Positions 61,249 through 64,000 of a stretch of 64,000 nucleotides of DNA are shown in pieces. Below the pieces are notes generated by a model. That model was not told the DNA's origin. It was given only the letters and a program-made list of their open reading frames with translations, and made no database searches. Every line of letters begins with the position of its first letter. Within the stretch, counting starts at the first letter, position 1. The DNA is from an uncultured bacterium (GTDB lineage Bacteria; Oederibacteriota; CAKKQC01): contig CAYNUZ010000001.1 in NCBI GenBank assembly GCA_964400385.1, forward strand, positions 62-64,061, read 5' to 3'. The position numbers and the translations under genes are program-made.

Positions 61249-63736
61249 GTTGCCCACCCTGTTTGCGCTTGCGCTGTGTTGCGTGGCCGCGCCTGCCGCC
61301 ACGGACAAACCGGTCTCCACGAATGCCTCCGCCGATCCCGCGCAGCGGGCCGAGGACCTCCTGCGGCAGATGACGCTGGAGGAGAAGATCGACTACCTCG
61401 GCGGCGTGGACGGCATGTTCATCCGGTCCATGGACCGGCTCGGCCTCCCCCGCATCAAGATGTCGGACGGGCCGGTGGGCGTCCGGGTGTGGGGCAAGAG
61501 CACGGCGTACCCCGCGGGCATCTGCCTGGCCGCCTCCTGGGATCCGGACCTGGCCCGCCGCGTCGGCACCGCACTGGGCCGGGACAGCCGCGCCCGGGGG
61601 GTCCACATCCTGCTGGGACCGGCGATGAACATCCACCGGAATCCCCGGTGCGGCCGGAACTTCGAGTACCTCGGCGAGGACCCCTTCCTCGCGGGCAAGC
61701 TCGCGGCGGCCGAGGTGCGGGGCCTCCAGGCCGAGGGCGTGCTGGCCACGGTCAAGCACTTCGCCGCCAACAACCAGGAGATTGACCGCGATTCCGTGGA
61801 CGCGCAGGTGGACGAGCGGACGCTGCGGGAGATCTACCTGCCCGCCTTCCGGGCCGCGATCGTGGATGGCGGGGCGCGGTGCGTCATGGACGCATACAAC
61901 AAGGTCAACGGCCTGCACTGCACCCAGAGCCCGTTCCTGAACCTCCAGGTGCTGCGCAAGGAGTGGGGGTTCACCGGCATCGTGATGTCGGACTGGGGTG
62001 CGACCCACGACGGGTTCGCCGCGGCCGCCGGCGGGCTGGATCTCGAGATGCCGGACGCGGCGTTCATGAACCGGAAGCGGCTCCTGGGGGACCTCCAGGC
62101 GGGGGCGCTGGCGCCCGCGGTGATCGACGACAAGGTCCGGCACCTCCTCACGACGATCATCGCGGCCGGGTTCCTGGACCGCCCGCAGGAACGCACCGAC
62201 CTTCCCAAGGACGACCCCGCCAGCGTCCGGACGGCGCTGGAGGAGGCGCGCGCGGGCATCGTCCTGCTCAAGAACGACGGCGGGGTGCTCCCCCTCGACC
62301 CGGCGAACGTCCGCCGGATCGCGGTGATCGGGCCGGACGGGCACCCGGCGGTGTGGGGCGGCGGGGGCAGCTCGTTCACGGAGCCGTTCCGGGCGGTCAG
62401 CGTGCTGGACGGCCTGCGGCAGGTGCCGGGGCTGGCCGTCTCGTACACGCGCGGCGAGCTGGACCTGAACGCGCTCGTGAAGTCCTCCGCCTACGACGGC
62501 CCCGTCCGGACGGAGGCGTTCGACAACCCGGACCTCCTGGGCAAGGCGGTCCACACCGGCATGGTGGACCGGATCGCACTGCATCCCGACCGGGCGCCGT
62601 TCCCCGGCATGAAGCGGGAGCGGTTTTCCGTGCGGTGGACCGCCCGGATCCACTCGGACAAGGGGGGCCCGCACCTGTTCGCGGTCTCGTCGGACGACGG
62701 GATCCGGGTCTGGCTCGACGACAAGCTGATCCTGGACGACTGGAACGAGCACGCCGAGCACATGGACACCGTGACCGTGCCGCTCATGGCCGGCGCGCAT
62801 TCCACCCTGCGCGTCGAGTACTTCCAGGCCGGTGGCGCCTCGGAGGCGCGGTTCGGCTGGGGCCCGGCGGTGGACGTCCGGCGCGAGGCCATGGATGCCG
62901 CGCGGCAGGCGGACGCCGCGGTGGTGTGCGCGGGATTCGACATGAAGCTGGAGGGCGAGGGCTGGGACCGCACGTACGCGCTCCCCGCGGGGCAGGCGGA
63001 GCTGATCCGGGCGGTGACGGAGGCCAACCCGCGCACCATCGTGGTCCTCTTCGGCGGCGGCGGGGTGGACTGGACCGGCTGGCTGGACCGGGTCCCGGCG
63101 GTGCTCCACGCCTGGTATCCCGGCCAGGAGGGCGGCAGGGCCATCGCGGACCTCCTCTTCGGCGTGGCGAATCCTGCGGGCCGCCTTCCGGTTTCTTTCG
63201 AGCGCCGGCCTGAGGACAACCCCAGCGCCCCCTTCTACCTCAAGGCCTCCGATGAATCGGCGGGCCGGGCCGTGTACGGCGAAGGGATCTTCGTCGGGTA
63301 CCGGGGGTTTGACCGCGCGAAGGTGGAGCCGCAGTTCTGCTTCGGCCACGGGCTGTCGTACACCACGTTCGCGTACGCGGACCTGGAGGCGACGCCCGCG
63401 GCGGGGCGCGAGCCCGTGGCGGTGTCCTTCACGGTGAAGAACACCGGCACCCGGGCCGGGATCGAGACGCCGCAGGTGTACGTGAGCCAGCGCACCCCGG
63501 GGGTTCCGCGTCCCCCGCAGGAGCTGAAGGGGTTTACCCGCGTGGCGCTCAAGCCCGGCGAGGCACGGCGGGTCACAATCACGCTCGATCCGGACGCCTT
63601 CTCGTACTGGCATCCGGACCGCAAATCCTGGGTGGTCGAACCGGGGTGGTTCGACCTCCTGGTCGGCGCTTCCTCGCGTGACATCCGGTTACGGGGGGCG
63701 GTCGCCCGGGCAGAGGATCCCCGGAACGCGCCCTAA
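61238..63736 (+). CDS. Glycoside hydrolase family 3 beta-glucosidase/xylosidase with inserted PA14 domain
   Basis: GH3 N-domain (KHFAANNQE, VMSDWGA nucleophile Asp region), PA14 insert (FSVRWTARIH...GIRVWLDDKLILDDW), GH3 C-domain and fibronectin-like end; signal peptide present. Confidence 0.85.
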   Translation: MGTMLPTLFALALCCVAAPAATDKPVSTNASADPAQRAEDLLRQMTLEEKIDYLGGVDGMFIRSMDRLGLPRIKMSDGPVGVRVWGKSTAYPAGICLAASWDPDLARRVGTALGRDSRARGVHILLGPAMNIHRNPRCGRNFEYLGEDPFLAGKLAAAEVRGLQAEGVLATVKHFAANNQEIDRDSVDAQVDERTLREIYLPAFRAAIVDGGARCVMDAYNKVNGLHCTQSPFLNLQVLRKEWGFTGIVMSDWGATHDGFAAAAGGLDLEMPDAAFMNRKRLLGDLQAGALAPAVIDDKVRHLLTTIIAAGFLDRPQERTDLPKDDPASVRTALEEARAGIVLLKNDGGVLPLDPANVRRIAVIGPDGHPAVWGGGGSSFTEPFRAVSVLDGLRQVPGLAVSYTRGELDLNALVKSSAYDGPVRTEAFDNPDLLGKAVHTGMVDRIALHPDRAPFPGMKRERFSVRWTARIHSDKGGPHLFAVSSDDGIRVWLDDKLILDDWNEHAEHMDTVTVPLMAGAHSTLRVEYFQAGGASEARFGWGPAVDVRREAMDAARQADAAVVCAGFDMKLEGEGWDRTYALPAGQAELIRAVTEANPRTIVVLFGGGGVDWTGWLDRVPAVLHAWYPGQEGGRAIADLLFGVANPAGRLPVSFERRPEDNPSAPFYLKASDESAGRAVYGEGIFVGYRGFDRAKVEPQFCFGHGLSYTTFAYADLEATPAAGREPVAVSFTVKNTGTRAGIETPQVYVSQRTPGVPRPPQELKGFTRVALKPGEARRVTITLDPDAFSYWHPDRKSWVVEPGWFDLLVGASSRDIRLRGAVARAEDPRNAP

Positions 63737-63741
63737 GAGGA

Positions 63742-63993
63742 TCATGCCCGGGCTCCATGCTGCGGCGGGTGCAGCTCCCCCCAGCGGTCCGTGACGTCGA
63801 GCAGCACCGGGAACAGCAGGGCCAGCCCCGCGGTGATCTCGACGCCCCCGACGGCGAACATGATGCACTGCGCCATCCAGGTCAGCCCCGCGAGCCACGG
63901 CAGCCCGGCGGGTGCGCCGGGAACCGGCACGACGAGGCGCGTGAACCCGTCCAGGAACAGGACGACCGCCACCGCCATCTCCACGGACCGCAT
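63742..63993 (-). CDS. Small hydrophobic membrane protein (possibly DoxX-family), may extend beyond window
   Basis: 83-aa ORF with two or three TM-like segments (AVAVVLFLDGFTRLVV, GVEITAGLALLFPVLL). The overlapping Arg-rich ORF 63689..64000 was rejected. Confidence 0.3.
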   Translation of the reverse strand: MRSVEMAVAVVLFLDGFTRLVVPVPGAPAGLPWLAGLTWMAQCIMFAVGGVEITAGLALLFPVLLDVTDRWGELHPPQHGARA

Positions 63994-64000
63994 GAACCAT

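Noticed and set aside
63689-64000. Arg-rich 103-aa minus-strand ORF at the window end
   Set aside because: Low-complexity Arg/Gly translation. The alternative frame (63742..63993) gives a plausible small membrane protein.
1-64000. rRNA, tRNA, CRISPR, integrase/recombinase, phage structural genes
   Set aside because: None recognisable by eye. No tRNA-like cloverleaf candidates were noticed in the few intergenic regions, and no direct repeat arrays other than the coding tandem duplication.

Overview
High-GC (roughly 65-70% by eye) bacterial chromosomal segment that is densely coding and mostly on the minus strand. It is dominated by (i) two giant secreted/surface repeat proteins and (ii) an unusually large set of GT-C-fold membrane glycosyltransferases, together with the enzymes that would supply lipid-linked sugar donors.

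The giant proteins:
- a 6186-aa ORF (2639..21199) with PQQ-like beta-propeller, Ig-like and FN3-like repeats;
- a 1977-aa ORF (25422..31355) with NHL and Kelch repeats that contains a perfect 1044-bp in-frame tandem duplication.

The glycosylation set:
- at least 7-8 GT-C-fold membrane glycosyltransferases (PMT/ArnT-like, DUF2723/TMEM260-like, DUF2079-like);
- a DPM1/ArnC-like GT2 polyprenol-phosphate glycosyltransferase;
- a DegT/ArnB-type aminotransferase;
- a SAM methyltransferase.

Taken together this looks like an undescribed surface-protein (or envelope) glycosylation locus built around giant adhesin-like proteins. It is accompanied by a metalloprotease-TolB-propeller fusion, a T9SS-CTD-type secreted protein, DsbD plus a thioredoxin-fold protein, and a SpoIID/LytB-like protein.

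Other content:
- a bacterial PRMT-like methyltransferase (THW and double-E loops) apparently coupled to a GT-C gene at the window start;
- an IS200-like Y1 transposase-family gene with a DnaA-type HTH;
- a HicAB toxin-antitoxin pair next to GNAT and nucleotidyltransferase genes, in lower-GC DNA;
- pdxJ;
- a GH26-like and a GH3-PA14 glycoside hydrolase pair.

There are no rRNA/tRNA genes and no CRISPR array. Several lower-GC islands (39.9-43.0 kb, 51.3-52.5 kb, 57.3-57.8 kb) suggest horizontal acquisition. All functional calls rest on motifs read by eye from the translations. None has been checked against a database, so start codons and family assignments are provisional. The ORF track appears to allow TTG/GTG starts.
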